Part shown: positions 1-13,801 of the stretch, piece by piece | Numbering within the stretch: the first letter of the stretch is position 1 | How the letters are laid out: each line of letters starts with the position of its first letter | NCBI RefSeq assembly: GCF_006345805.1 | Contig: NC_043014.1 | Span: 19,282,001-19,346,000, forward strand | DNA: 64,000 bases | Origin: Octopus sinensis | Lineage: Eukaryota | Direction of reading: 5' to 3' | Notes under the pieces: model-generated | The model's input: only the letters and a program-made list of their open reading frames with translations | What the model was told of the DNA's origin: nothing | Databases searched by the model: none | Translations under genes and position numbers: made by a program

Positions 1-489
1 GCAATCAGCAGGGCGATGAATTGCAAAAATTGTACAAGTTGTCAATGAAAAGTGAAAAAACAAAGTAATGCAGATGCAATTAAGTTCGCAAGAAGTAATA
101 TGTAATGGAAAAAAGCAACAAGGAATGTATAGAAGGAAGGGTCTCATAAGAATTTAATTCACTTTTACCTATAGTGGTTTTCGAGTCTCCATGTGTCCTA
201 GTTTTTACCATGACGATATGACTCGGTAAAAGACGTGACCACAAGAAGACGAATGGTGAAAACAAATCAATATACACACGAACGGAGTTTATTATTTGTT
301 TCGTCTGTCTCTGTTAATCGTGAAATGGGCTTCCAAAATTATAACAGAAACTTGTTAAGCTTTCTACTGAAAAGTACTGATGTTGAATTTAAGCACTTAG
401 TTAGGCACTGAATATTCAGTATAATGATTTCTTTCGCTCTGTATAAATGGAGTGACCATGTGAATATGTGTGTGTTATGCGTATAAGTG

Positions 490-590
490 TGGCTTTGTTC
501 GAGCTGTTGCGTGCTTGCTGAGCCGTAGCCATTGTTATCCCTGCTACATTTTAACTTAAACATATTTTTGAATTTCCATCTAATATTTTC
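490..590 (-). mobile_element. Short mariner transposase fragment
   Basis: About 85 bp closely matching 6115-6205 of the mariner copy (atgtttaagttaaaatgtagcag...caatggctac.gctcagcaagca.gcaac.gctcgaacaaag). Confidence 0.65.
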
Positions 591-1130
591 CAATTTATTT
601 GATAAATTATATTCCTCTCTTTCAGTTGCCAGATGTAATTAGATTAGTCTGTGGTTTACTATTTTATGTTAGAAGTAATCAGTGTTGTTAATATGAACTC
701 GCATGAACTCGCCGTTTATCATTCCTGTGTAGAGTTTACTGTTGACTGATCCGTTTGAATCTATAGAGGTAACTTCCATGTCGAACAATAGTGCCTCAAT
801 TTTTATTCAATTCCTTCGTGTATGCCACCTGCTTGTGTTCGTATCAATATTTGACGTGCTTTTATTGAACATTTTCCTTTAACAGTCATGTCTACTAGAA
901 CCGGAAAGCTTGTAACTTTGTTAGTTTTTTGTGTTTAATGAGTTCGAGTGCGTGAAACATATATTATTGCTTTGTGTAATAGCTTTAAATAACATTTCGT
1001 ATGTACTTTTAATAGCCTAGACCAATAAACAGCTGCAACTAACAAAGTAGAAATTTCAAATTTCTTAAAGATCTCATCTCTCTTAGAAAATTAAAACCCA
1101 ACAAGTTCAATGAACAAGTGATATGTTCAT

Positions 1131-1303
1131 TGTTTCAAATTTTGGCACAGCGCCAGCAATTTCGGGCGTGGAAGTCAATTAAATCGAGCCCTGTGCTCAA
1201 CTGGTACTTATTGTATCGAGTCTGAAGGATGAAAAGTCGATCTCGGCGGAATTTGAAATTACAGCATAAAGGTGCTACGAAATGCCGCTAAACATTTTGC
1301 ACA
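1131..1303 (-). mobile_element. tRNA-derived SINE (family A), degraded
   Basis: Matches the family A consensus seen many times in the window (gtcgatctcggcggaatttgaa, ctggtactta). Confidence 0.75.
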
Positions 1304-1304
1304 G

Positions 1305-1344
<40 letters not shown>

Positions 1345-1513
1345 CTTATTGTTAATAATCACTAACAATATAATTATATACTCATATTTTGAGTTCAATT
1401 TTCCTATTACATTGCCAATCCTATACGCACACATACGCACATATATAATATATATGCTATTCATATATATTACACACAGTCACCTACAAACACACATACA
1501 TATGTATATATAC

Positions 1514-1571
<58 letters not shown>

Positions 1572-1877
1572 TCACACACACATACTCACACACACATACA
1601 CACACACACACACGTACATATGTCAACCAAATTTCGTGCGAGTTAACATGGGTTCCCTTGATGACAATCTAACCTGCATGTAGCTAACGTATGTGTCGCC
1701 TGAAGAGTAGCTAACTGTGTAGCCCTCGTTCAGTAATTACTATTTTCGAGATCTGCTAGCTAGGAAACATATGTAACCTGAATTTCATCCATTTCATTTC
1801 CTAAACTTGGATTTTTATTCGCATTTTCAGCCGCCAGTCATTTCTGCCAGTCCGCTGCCATTACAAGTGATGTATAT

Positions 1878-2042
1878 TGGTTTCAAACTTTGGCACAGGG
1901 GCACTGATTTAGGACTTCAGTATTCAACTGATACTTATTGTGTCGATCTCGAAGAAATGAAAAGCGAAGTCGACACCGGCGTCATTTGAACCCAGAGAGT
2001 AAAGGCGGACGAAATGCCGCTAAGAATTTTAATCGCCGCCTT
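1878..2042 (-). mobile_element. SINE family A, degraded
   Basis: cgaagtcgacaccggcgtcatttgaa...gacgaaatgccgctaag...cgccgcctt end. Confidence 0.75.
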
Positions 2043-2752
2043 AAACAAATAATATATATTAAGACGAAATTGTTCAAACAACTTGACAACATTAGTATAA
2101 GAATCTCTAAACTCGTATCTAATAAAAAATCTTCAACAGAGCAGTTCATAATAATTTAGTCCATATACTTTAGCAAATAATGACTTCCAAGACAAAATAT
2201 ATGCTCGAAATAAGAGTAGATTCAGCAATAAAGTTGACATAAATTTATATAAGCCTTTCATTTCTAGTCATACCTTACTCCGTATTTCCATATATTCCCT
2301 GTAAAATTCATAATCACATTTAAATATTGATGACTTTTATTGATGCAGAGATTAGAGTTGAACTTAGACACCCAACAGGTGCAGATAAAGTCCTCTATTT
2401 TAGATGCTTCCTCCTTACGCCATTCTGTGAAGATATTTACAAAATGTTATCTTCAAGTGACCAAAATATGTTCATCAATAATAACGCTAAGAAAGATATT
2501 ATGTCACGATTTGGCGAAACTTTAAGCAGCATTACATGCATCAGAGACGATATATCATACATGCACACTTATATACACGTGTGAATGTATATATGTGGGT
2601 GTGTACTACGTATGTGAGAAAATAGGTATGAATTCACATGCACACGCACACACATACATCGACACATGCACACACGCGCACACACACTCATACACACACA
2701 CACATATAATCGATTTTTCTGTCTGTCCTTCCCTTCCATTCACATGCATTCA

Positions 2753-3050
<298 letters not shown>

Positions 3051-3440
3051 AGAGAGATAGATTAAGAGAGATATATTGAGGTAGTGACAGAAAGAAATAT
3101 TCATTGATATATAAATGAATAGATAAGAGAAATAAGTAGGATGAGAGAGAATGATATATTTCTTTTCAAACTGGTAAGTTGCGTGAAATAATTACATATG
3201 ACCTAGTACATATTAAAACTAATTTCAACGATTTTAAGCAATTATTTTAACGCATACATGCACATATCTAAGAGATATTTCAGTGTCTCCTATGCAGTGT
3301 ATTCATTTTATATCACAATTGGTGAACGACGGTAGATTAGCTATAGATATCCAATAGACAAATAATTAGTTCGGTATACATCATACGGTGACAGTGTCAA
3401 GGAAATGTTTATTATTCAAAGCATAACAAGTATCGTACAC

Positions 3441-3772
3441 TAGCACTCCGTCAGTTACGACGGTGATTGTTTCTGTTGATCATATCAACAGAACAGTCTG
3501 CTCGTGAAATTAACGTGCAAGTGGCTGAGCACTCCACAGACTCGCGTATCCTTAACGTAGTTCTTAGGGAGATGCAGCACGACACAGAATATAACAAAGC
3601 TAGCCGTTTGAAGTGCATGTACTATTACTCATTTTTGACAGCTGAGTGGACTGGAGGAGTGTGAAATGAAGTAAAATGAAATGAAGCTGAACGACACAAC
3701 GAGACACCAGGAATCGAACTCACGACCTTACGATTATTAGGCGAAAACTCTAACCGTTAAGCCACGCCTCAT
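3441..3772 (-). mobile_element. tRNA-derived SINE sharing its 3' tail with family C
   Basis: Tail (cactccgtc.gttacgacg, gctcgtgaaattaacgtgcaagtggctgagcactccacag) is the reverse complement of 55330-55460; tRNA-like head near 3700-3772. Confidence 0.75.
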
Positions 3773-3959
3773 TACTACAGGTATCGTATAAGTCATTGCT
3801 GGAATAGCAAGACTGTTGTATTTTATTTTCCGCTGATATACAATTGTCATCGTTATGCAACGGCAAAAATGTATACAGACCTACACATGCATGCACCCAA
3901 CCACGCAGCACTGCCTGGCGGCCTTAGGGGGCCGCCTGAACTCCTTTGCTACTAGAACT

Positions 3960-4325
3960 CCTTTGGTACCAGAACCATTGCTCGGATTTCATATCCAACC
4001 AACGACTATATTCAGAACCAAGGATGCGTGCAGTTACTTGTATGATTCAGACGCATCAGCTTAGACTGTTCCGACTTGCTGCTCGAGTTTTTGAGCTGGA
4101 TCCTGCGTACTGCATTCTATTCTCTGAGGATCCGACTGGGGTGACAGCTCGTGTTGGTCGGCTATATGCTTCATGGTCATGGCAGATGAGGAACTATTTC
4201 GCAGAGATGGGATCTGACAGGGAAACAGGTCTGAGAGTTGCCAAGGATGATCTGAGCAGATAACGACAAATAGTGGATGCAACTGCGAACTGCAGTGGCG
4301 TATGCTCCCTTACCTGACCTGACCA
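3960..4325 (+). mobile_element. Non-LTR retrotransposon 3' fragment (post-RT C-terminus)
   Basis: Translation SDFISNQRLYSEPRMRAVTCMIQTHQLRLF...DPAYCIL...VGR resembles LINE ORF C-termini ('RQLRLxGH...GRP'); ends in tgacctgacctgacc tandem repeats. Confidence 0.75.
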
Positions 4326-4439
4326 CATACGCACACATACACACGCGCAAAAGCGCACGCATATACACGTTGCTCCATCCATCCATCAATGCATCCTTCC
4401 ATAAACATACATACATACAAACGTATTTGCTAAATATTT

Positions 4440-4865
4440 ATTCTTTTATTATTTTCGTTGTTCCAGTCATTTGACTACGGCCATGCTGGAGCACAGCGTT
4501 TAGTCGAACAAATCGAGCCTAGAAGTTATTCTTTAGAAGCCAAGGACTTATCCTATTGGTCACTGTTTCCGAACCGCTAAGTTACGGGGACGTAAACACA
4601 CCAATATCGGATGGACATAAACACACCAATATGGTAGATGGAGAATCACAGACACACTAATACACACTACATACACACACACACATATGTATATATGTAT
4701 ACGACATGCTACTTTCAGTTTCCATCCACCAAATCCACTCACAGCGCCTTGATTGACCCGAGGTTATAGTTGGAGACACGTGCCCAAGATGCCACACAGT
4801 GGGACTGAATCCTGAACCATGTGGTTGAGAAGCAAGCTTCTTAGCATTCAGCGAGTCCTGCGCCT
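4440..4865 (-). mobile_element. tRNA-derived SINE family B (CORE-like central domain)
   Basis: Reverse complement of the family B pattern (cagtcatttgact.cggccatgctggagca; gtgggactgaa.cc.gaaccatgtggtt head). Confidence 0.85.
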
Positions 4866-5619
4866 AAATAAAGAAATTATGTGAAAACGGCGCCTTTCGT
4901 GGAAGCTTTTGCCTGCTTCTTAAGACCGTCTGATTCGTGCTTGACCGCTGTTATAGAGTATATTAGGGAAAATCTTGCGGTTACAGTTCCCTTTGTCTGC
5001 ACATTATATTTCAACGTTCTATACAAGTCATTCAGATTGCATTTTAAGATAACAATGAAAGCGACCACCAAATTCAAGGTATCGCTGTAAGTGCGACATG
5101 ATGATCGTATATGGAATTTAATTCACTATTAAAAGCTATGACCAACGAAATGGAAGTGACCAAATTATAATTGAGAGGAAATAATTAAAGTGGATAACAT
5201 AAATACTGCTGAACATTAATTCAAAGGGAAGTTGTTTGAAGAGGAATGATTTAGATGAAGGAAACATTAGAAAGAAAAAAATTAGATGCCTTGCTAGGAG
5301 AACACATAAAATGCGTTCAGAAACATTATAGGCCATGTTACACCTAGCCTCTGATCAAAGACAGATAATTATTTCAACGAAACAACTGTAGCCTAAACAA
5401 TCCAATGGAAAGTGAAATGTGTTTAGTCATCAAAATATTGGATTATCATAACTTCTTTATTTTTTTTAATTCAATGCCATTTGAATTAACACAAAAATAT
5501 TTTCCTCATAGTGTCTTAAGGTTTATTTAAGTCTGTTGTTTCTCTACGTTTTTGGAAGTTGAATAAATTTCACCTTTTGCCAGGCATGTGACGATGTGGT
5601 GTCATGTAAGAAAAGGAGA

Positions 5620-6765
5620 AAAAAATGAATAAATAAGATAAACGTGCATTTTCGACACCCGTCTCTCTTTAATTGAAGAGTGAAGGCTCGAAAGCTGTTA
5701 AAGCCGCTCATGGCATTTGTGTTGTGTACAGAGACGGTGCTATCATTGAAGAAACTGCACAGAAATGGTTTAAAACTACAAGGAAGGGGAATTTTACCTC
5801 AGAGACTCTCAGACTATTCAGGCCAACCTAGCCAATTCAATGAGGATCGATTGTACGAACCAATGCACGAGTTTCTGCTGAAATTCACGAGATAAATGGT
5901 GTAACTGATTGTATGCTGTCATGGTACCATCACCCGTCACCTTACTTCAACGGGTAAGGTTTAAAAACACGGTGTATAAGTGCCACACTCTCTAATCTGA
6001 GCAACAGAGACTAACTCCAGGGTTTCTTGACTGCCGCCAGTTTGGTCACTTGACACCGGACTACTCGTAAGTACAAACACAAATTTCTTTACTGTATCAT
6101 GAGTGGCGTTCAAAAATAGAATGTTTAAGTTAAAATGTAGCAGAAATAACAATGGCTACAGCTCAGCAAGCATGCAACGGCTCGAACAAAGTCAGAGCTA
6201 CATTCACAGAAATCAGTGGCCCGTGTTTGATAGGGCTAGTAAATGCTAATCCACTACAAATTTCTTGAAAGTAATATTATCGATACTGCAGTGCTTTACG
6301 TTCAGCAAATGCATCGTTTCAGCGAAGCATTCCAGCTGAAACGACTCGTCCAGTGACACAACATTGCATGCATCTTCAACACGACAACGTTCGCTCCGGT
6401 TCGCTAATTTGACCAAAAGCGATGTTTCAGAGCTCGCTTGCAACGTTCTACTGCACCTCCAGCCTCATATTCTCCTGCTAAAGTGCCTTCAGATTATTAT
6501 TTTTTTTAGGTTGTTCTCTAAAAGTCTGCCAGGCATTTTGATCAATAACATACGTTTTGAGGCTGGAAACGCGGATCACTGATTTGTCCGAGTCAAGAAA
6601 CGATGATTTTTACCGCCAAGGCTTTCACATGCTAGTGGAATATTGCCAAGAGGTGACGAACAATGAATGAGAATACATTATTGATTGATATGTTCGAATT
6701 GTTGATGAAAAATATGGTTTAAAATAAATGGGGAAAAATCGAAGTAATTAATCTGACAGTCCTCT
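5620..6765 (+). mobile_element. Mariner transposon, decayed transposase pseudogene
   Basis: Frame-shifted motifs: AAHGICVVYRDGA...AQKWFK (HTH), xVPH near 5980, FLYCIMSG, YSPAKVPSDY (YSPDLAPSDY-like), DDFYRQG, EYIID stop. TIR-like cgaagtaattaatctgacagtcct at the 3' end. Confidence 0.85.
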
Positions 6766-7338
6766 GTACACTGTATTCTATAGACATGAACGTTAAACAA
6801 ATATCAAATGTAACACAATGGAATTGCGGTATTACCACGATTCACTAGGTTAAAACTATTCAAGATAAATCGATCAGTAAATTCATTTTAATTAACATTG
6901 AAGAATACAATTTATCTAGTTTTAGAAGTCTTCTATCACGAACATTTTCGAATTTGGAAAACATGCATCACCTTAAACGACACTGATACAAATATTAACA
7001 TTGAACGCAAGAGAGTCATTATTCTTCCTTAAATCGCTGTAAGCCAAGAAGAATAGAAATGGACACGTTGCTGTATGAGCAAGGAGATACGCTAGCGCGC
7101 AAATACCAGATCTTATCGGATTATTCACTGAGAAGTAGAATAGAATGCACTAACATAAAGCTATAAAGAGATAATGGATTTGTATCCCATAATACTAACG
7201 GTTAGGATATGGAAAGAATTAGAAAATCCTTTGACATATAAACAATCTAATAGTTACAATAAACACGAACCTGAATTTATTTTTTTTCTGGGCGTAATAA
7301 TAAACTTAAACACAAGACGAAGTTACACTAATAAATAA

Positions 7339-7551
7339 TGGTTCCAAGTTTTAGACCAAGACCAGCAATTTTAGGCTGGGGATAAGTCTATTAAATCGAC
7401 CCCAGTGTTCAACTGGTGCTCAGGTTATCGACTGCGGAAAGGTGAAAGGCGAAATAGAACTGCGCAGAATTTAAACTCAGAACGTAAAGCGCACGAAATA
7501 CTGCTAAACATTTTGCCCGCTATTCTAACAGTTTCGCCAGCTCGCCGCCTT
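7339..7551 (-). mobile_element. SINE family A
   Basis: Full head (cagctcgccgcctt on + strand) and body match family A. Confidence 0.85.
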
Positions 7552-8518
7552 AAGTTACATTTATAAATATTATAATAAAAAAAAGTACAGTTATCAAGTG
7601 TATCACAGAAATATTCATTAGGTGCATTTTTATCATCGGCTAAAGAGAAAATCTAATAAAGCCACCTGCAGGATTCTAAGCATAAAACTACTTCAAAATA
7701 GGCTAAAGTACATAGAACAATGGTGTACATGCTCATTTTTAATAATTCTAGCAAATTCGATGTTACATTTCATCTTCGGAGAACAAACTCTCCTTTCCGA
7801 CGATGTATATTCTCCACAGACCCGATACATTGAAATGAAGGGGATTTGAGACCCCCTGATATTTTGATCTGGTTATGTAACATTGAAGAAATAAAATGTT
7901 GATTTGTGTGTATAGTGTAATGTACTGAAATAGCACCACTATAAAAGGCATTCTTACCTCATAGACTAAGCATAGAACTAAACGTATAGCAGTCAAGTTT
8001 ATTTTAAACTGGTCTCCGCTGTCTTGAGACGAGAATCACGTGTTCAGCAACGTATCGCAACTATACAAACACAATGGAATATTTTTGTTTACAGGTCGGA
8101 TTGACTAGTGCTGACCTACATATAACTGACCCGATATCTTCGTTTGGTGAAAAGAGATTATTACAATGCAGCTACTTTGGAAGGATATATCTAATAGCAA
8201 AAACAAATATTGCATAGTCGTGTTTTAGAAACTTACCCTCTGGAAGGCTTTGATGAAAACCGACGTGCTGCCAAATTGTGTTGAGCTCATACTCTTGAGT
8301 AAGGCCGAGAGGAAATCTTTACAGAATGTGTAGCTCACCTGCAAGAGTAGAAGTGAAAATTCATATATCTATATCTATATATATATGTATGTAAACAAAT
8401 GTGTGTGTATGTGTGGTGTGCGTGCGCGTATTCCTGCGCGTTTAAATATATACATATATATGAATGTATGCATAAATATATACTCACATACATATGAATA
8501 ACTTATTATTATTATTAT

Positions 8519-8524
8519 TATTAC

Positions 8525-8585
<61 letters not shown>
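8519..8585. repeat. (TAT)n microsatellite
   Basis: Direct reading. Confidence 0.97.
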
Positions 8586-10393
8586 TTCATTTTTTATTTT
8601 TATCAACCTTTTGAGGAATGCAGTAAGGATCTGTCTTTTTTTAAATTTTGTTTTGAAGAATACGCAGAGAGGTCAATGTAAATAACAATGTTCAGATTAA
8701 CAAATACTGGATGAGAAAGATCAGTTGATTGTTCTTCAGTGCACGTTTATTTTTACCTTTAATGAATTTAAAGACTGTTTGACGATGAGAGCATTTATCA
8801 TAGCCTTAGTTAACTTCGAGATATGCTCGAATTTATTTCGTTTCCCATCCGGTTATTTATCGTCTTATCGATGGAAAACCTTTGTACAAACATATCCTGC
8901 GAAGAGGATACGACTATTTGTACATCGTTTCCCATTAAAAAATCCATTTAGTAAAATATGTTAAATATTTCTTTTCAGAAATCTGTTTGCATAGATTCAA
9001 GTCGGAGGTTTGAATAAATGCTTTCGGTTGAAGAAGAATACAGCCTGAATAAATAATTATTAAATTATTAGAAATAATTATTAAATTTGTGCAAATAAAT
9101 ATCATTTTCTTCATAGTTATTTGTTTTTAGAAACAAAGAACGATTTTTTATCTTTTCGAATAGAATTTGGTCCATCCTATAGTATATTCATATATGTGTT
9201 CGTTGTAAATAAAGACTGTCTAAAAATAGTGAAGGTTTTCAAAAAGCTCGTGGTTAAAAATAGTGTTCGACGGAAAACATGCGTAAATGTATCGAAGTGT
9301 TACAATATAGTTCTAGGTTAGAGAAAATATCCATCGTTAGCAAAAGTATTTAGCAGAAAGTATGTATAAAAGAAACAGCGTATGTATAAAAGAAACCGAC
9401 TGTTCTACGTTAGTGAGAACATTCAGCGTTAATAACAATTTCAATAGAAAACTTGTATAAAAGAACCCATAGACTACAAGATTGTTCTAGGTTAGTAAAC
9501 ATGTTTATCGTTCACAAATGTATTTATGTATAAAAGAAATTGGGCTTTACAAGACTCTTCTACTTTAGAATGTTCAGGGTTAACAAATTAACAAATATGC
9601 TCAAGTTTGATAGACGCGTTTCAGGTTATTACATGTGAAAGGTTGAGAGAGAATGTCCTAACAACATTTAATAAATGTTAGCGTTGCGATATTCTGGAAG
9701 AGGAGAACGTCACCGCAGAAAAGCGTATAACAGTAGAAAATAGGATAATAATAATAATGTTAAAACCATCAGCTACGGCTCCACGGAGAACCAAATTAGA
9801 AACATAGGAAGTTGGTTCAACCACAGTGCAGTCACCACCGGGAGCATACTATGAAGCAGGGCACTAAAACGAAGATATAAGAAGTGTCCGCCCTTAATCA
9901 AGACATTACGAGCATCGTTTCGCACAGATAGAATACAAGTATAGAGTAACGAGACGAAATGCAAAAAGGGAAATAAATAAAAAAGAAACAAAGGAAAAAA
10001 CTAGAAGCAGTCCAGATTAGATACCAGTTTGAGGATATATAAGGGTCGTCCATCATGGAGAACTTGAGATTCACAGTTGTTCAAACCTCCCACTTTCTCA
10101 ATCTGTACATATGTACGTGTATATATTCTTATTTATCTATCTTTTACTAGTTTTAATCTATGAACTGTGGTCATGCTCGGGCACTGCTTGTAATCAAAAT
10201 AATTGACTCCGGCTCAGTTTTTTTTTAATTCTGGAACTTATACTATCAGACTCCGGTTGTCAGTCAGTTGTGGAGGGACAAACACAAACTCAGACACGTT
10301 TCTTTCCCATCCACATGGTTTGAATTGCCGTCCAAATGAGTGGCACTTGGATCAAATGTCTTCTACTAAAGGCATATAATATAATATAATATG

Positions 10394-10513
10394 CGTTCTG
10401 AGTTCAAATTCCGTCGAGGTCGACTTTGCCTTTCATCCTTTTGGGGTCGATAAATTAAGTATCAATTGCGAACTGGCTCCTCCCACCAAAATTTCGGGCC
10501 TTGTACCTAGAGT
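10394..10513 (+). mobile_element. SINE family A, 5'-truncated
   Basis: gttctgagttcaaattccgtcgaggtcgactttgcctttcatcc... Confidence 0.85.
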
Positions 10514-10514
10514 A

Positions 10515-10516
10515 TA

Positions 10517-10572
<56 letters not shown>

Positions 10573-10624
10573 TGTATGTATGTATGTATGTATGTATGTA
10601 TGTATGTATGTATATGTTTGTATG

Positions 10625-10655
<31 letters not shown>

Positions 10656-11335
10656 GCATGGGTGTGTATGATTATGTACAGAAGAATATGTTACTCAAAG
10701 AAATTCCTACTTTGCCTCATTCTCATGTTTTATTTACAATCTTGTAATAATATAATATAATATAATATCATGACATGATAGAATATTAAATGTCCATTCA
10801 GATGGACAAAGAGTAAGTACTTCCTGGGACAGGTAAGTGTGAAGATGGCTGGTATCTGTGTGTATGTCCATGTATGTGCGCGCGTGTGTGTGATGGCATG
10901 TGCGTGTATGTTATAGTGTGAGTGTGTGTATGGTAGCAGGTGCATTTGCCAATAACTGAGTGTGCGTGGGAGGGTGTGTGTATGTGTGCGCGTGTATGTG
11001 TGTGCGTGCGCAAATGTGTGTATGGTATTTACTGTTTGCACGTGTTTGTTTTGTGTGCGTGTGGTTATGTGTGGGTATGTGCGCATGAGAGAGTGTGGAA
11101 TTGTATGTACGCATGTGTATGTATATAGGGGCATATATGTGTGTGTTGTCTGTTTTGAGCTGTATGTGCATTCATATATGTGTGCGTGCAAGTGTGTGCA
11201 TGTGTGTATATATGTGTGTACGTGTATGTACGCGTGTGTATGTATATGTGTGTGCATGAATATGTGTGTTGATGTGTGTGGAGGTATATGTGCGTTCATG
11301 TGTGTGTGCGCGTATGCGTATTTATAGTCAAGATA
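10515..11335. repeat. (TA)n/(TATG)n microsatellite and TG-rich cryptic simple repeat
   Basis: Direct reading; explains the MYVC/HTHT pseudo-ORFs. Confidence 0.9.
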
Positions 11336-11689
11336 TCCTTGCCCTGAAGTGTAGCCTGCAGTATACGCCCCGATTGGATATTTACCACTTCTGAGGTTCC
11401 GCACGCTATGAAACATAGGTAGCCAGAATATAACCTACTCCTTTCCTAAATTCTTGTTTCCTTATTTGCACAGCCAGTAAATCTGGTCGCCTACCGTGAA
11501 ATATGAAAAGACTTTTTCAGTTTTTCGTACGCGTGTACGGAAAAAATCCACACTCTTCCATCCCTATAATCCATCATTGTCCCTGGAAGTTGCTTTTTTT
11601 ATACTAACTACGGATTGCTTGAAGCTAAGTCTCTTCCTACACGTCGATTCCTGGATATTATATTATATTTTATATATATATATATATAT

Positions 11690-11750
<61 letters not shown>

Positions 11751-12840
11751 TGGAGAGGTTTAAAAATAATGAAAATCACGTACTGAAAATTTAAAGAGTG
11801 CTTCATATAATTGTAGTAGACTATCTAATAATACTTGTCGAAATCCCATAAAAGAGAAACAGTTTGCACCATTCGATGATTTTTAAACGTTACAAAACAT
11901 ATTCATATACATTCGTAAATCCACACCAACCAAGATACAATCACATACATGCAAATATGCATAAACACATACATACATATTTGAACACATACGTAAATAA
12001 ATAGAAACAAACACACACACATATGAATATAAATGTAATATGAGCTAGATTTCAATTCATTACACGTCAATGTATATCCTTTCAATTTTGACATTTAGCT
12101 CTATGTACTTAGATGATAGGAAAACTTTAAGTAGACGTTTACACTCGTAAACCATTGACCTCTCTGAAAGCTGAATAGCGTTACTTTACCTCTGAATGCT
12201 TCAATGGCGCAAGAATTCTTCAGTTCTTGACCTTAACTTCAATTCCTTGCTATGAATCGAACAGAAATTTCGCGAAAATTGATTCAATATTCTACTGATG
12301 TGTGAATCAGGTTTGAACTTTACTGCAAAGCTATTATATTTTCTAACCGGCAGATGTGTATATAATTACGAAAACTTATATACAGGTGTACATAGATACA
12401 TATATAAATATACATTCATACGTAGAATTTGGGGAGTATATACTACCACATACACTTGCATACACAAACACACATATACATACATACATATGTACATACA
12501 TACATACACACATACACACATACATGAATATATATATATATATGGAGAAAGAGACACCTATATACTTATATGGTCGGTCTGATACATAATACAAATAACA
12601 TAATACAAATGTCCTCACATACAGATATTCGCGTCTACACACAGAAATAGAAATACCTACAAAAACATAAAGATGAGATTTGCAAATTTTACAATGAATA
12701 AACTGTATGACAGGTGTCCGAGGATACACACTATCACATGCATGTACACACTATCACACACACATACACACACACACACACACACACATACATACGCATA
12801 TATATGTATAGCCACTAAATGTTTATTTTTATATTTTCTC

Positions 12841-13059
12841 ACTCTCTGCTTATTTCTGTGTTTCTTTCTGTTGAAGAGCGTAGGCTCGAAAAGTAGAAGA
12901 CTTTCTCACTTCCCGAGTGTTAAACTAATACATCTGCTTGTTGTTTATACACCAGTCTTCGTCTTTTGATTTGTCTTTGTAAATTCCAACTATATATATA
13001 TATATTTCGTTTGTTTTCCACCTGCCTTCGTCTTTTGTTTATTTTCATAAAGCTTCCCG

Positions 13060-13060
<1 letters not shown>
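12841..13060 (+). mobile_element. Hammerhead-bearing short repeat (family E)
   Basis: Shares ctttctgttgaagagcgtaggctcgaaa and ttttccacctgccttcgtcttttg...ttttcataaagcttcccg with the reverse complement of 55818-56027; abuts (TA)n. Confidence 0.75.
12863..12900 (+). ncRNA. Minimal type I hammerhead-like motif, family E (core CUGUUGA), stem III mutated
   Basis: tcttt-CTGTTGA-a-gagc-gtag-gctc-GAAA-agta-gaaga. Stem I tcttt/gaaga, stem II gagc/gctc. Confidence 0.5.
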
Positions 13061-13355
<295 letters not shown>

Positions 13356-13501
13356 CTTACACACTCAAATATACAAAACTAATTCAATAACTCTTGGCTG
13401 AAACAGAAAGCCATACTTTCTTTGTTCATGTTCGTTTTATTATTTGCTTAAATTATAACTCAAAATGAAACGTAGATACACATGACGGTGAAATATATAT
13501 A

Positions 13502-13801
13502 TCTATATATATAAAAGTGAGGTTGTGTGGTGTCTCTCTCCTACGATTTAGATTCCTAACTACTCTCACATTTTGCGGTGCAGTTTAACCAAAAGCGGGT
13601 ATCTTATAGTCGTGATTCATATCGAGCCCTTCAGGGTATTCGCGCGCTTCTACGATGAGTCTACGATTTAAAAAAAAATTACCATCATTTTTTTCCATTT
13701 TTAATGCATTTTTTGCTATTATATAAGGGAAGTAACTCTCTAACAATGCTTATATAGTTATTTCCCTTACAAACCCGAGCAACGCCGGGTGATACTGCTA
13801 G
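13502..13801 (+). mobile_element. Non-autonomous Helitron-like element
   Basis: Begins TC(tatatatataaaa), ends CTAG, sits between A and T; subterminal hairpin cccgagcaacgccggg at 13774-13789. Confidence 0.75.

Noticed and set aside
80-277. Hydrophobic minus-strand ORF resembling TM5-TM6 of a GPCR
   Set aside because: No diagnostic motifs, bounded by stops, and no similarity to the three paralogues by eye.
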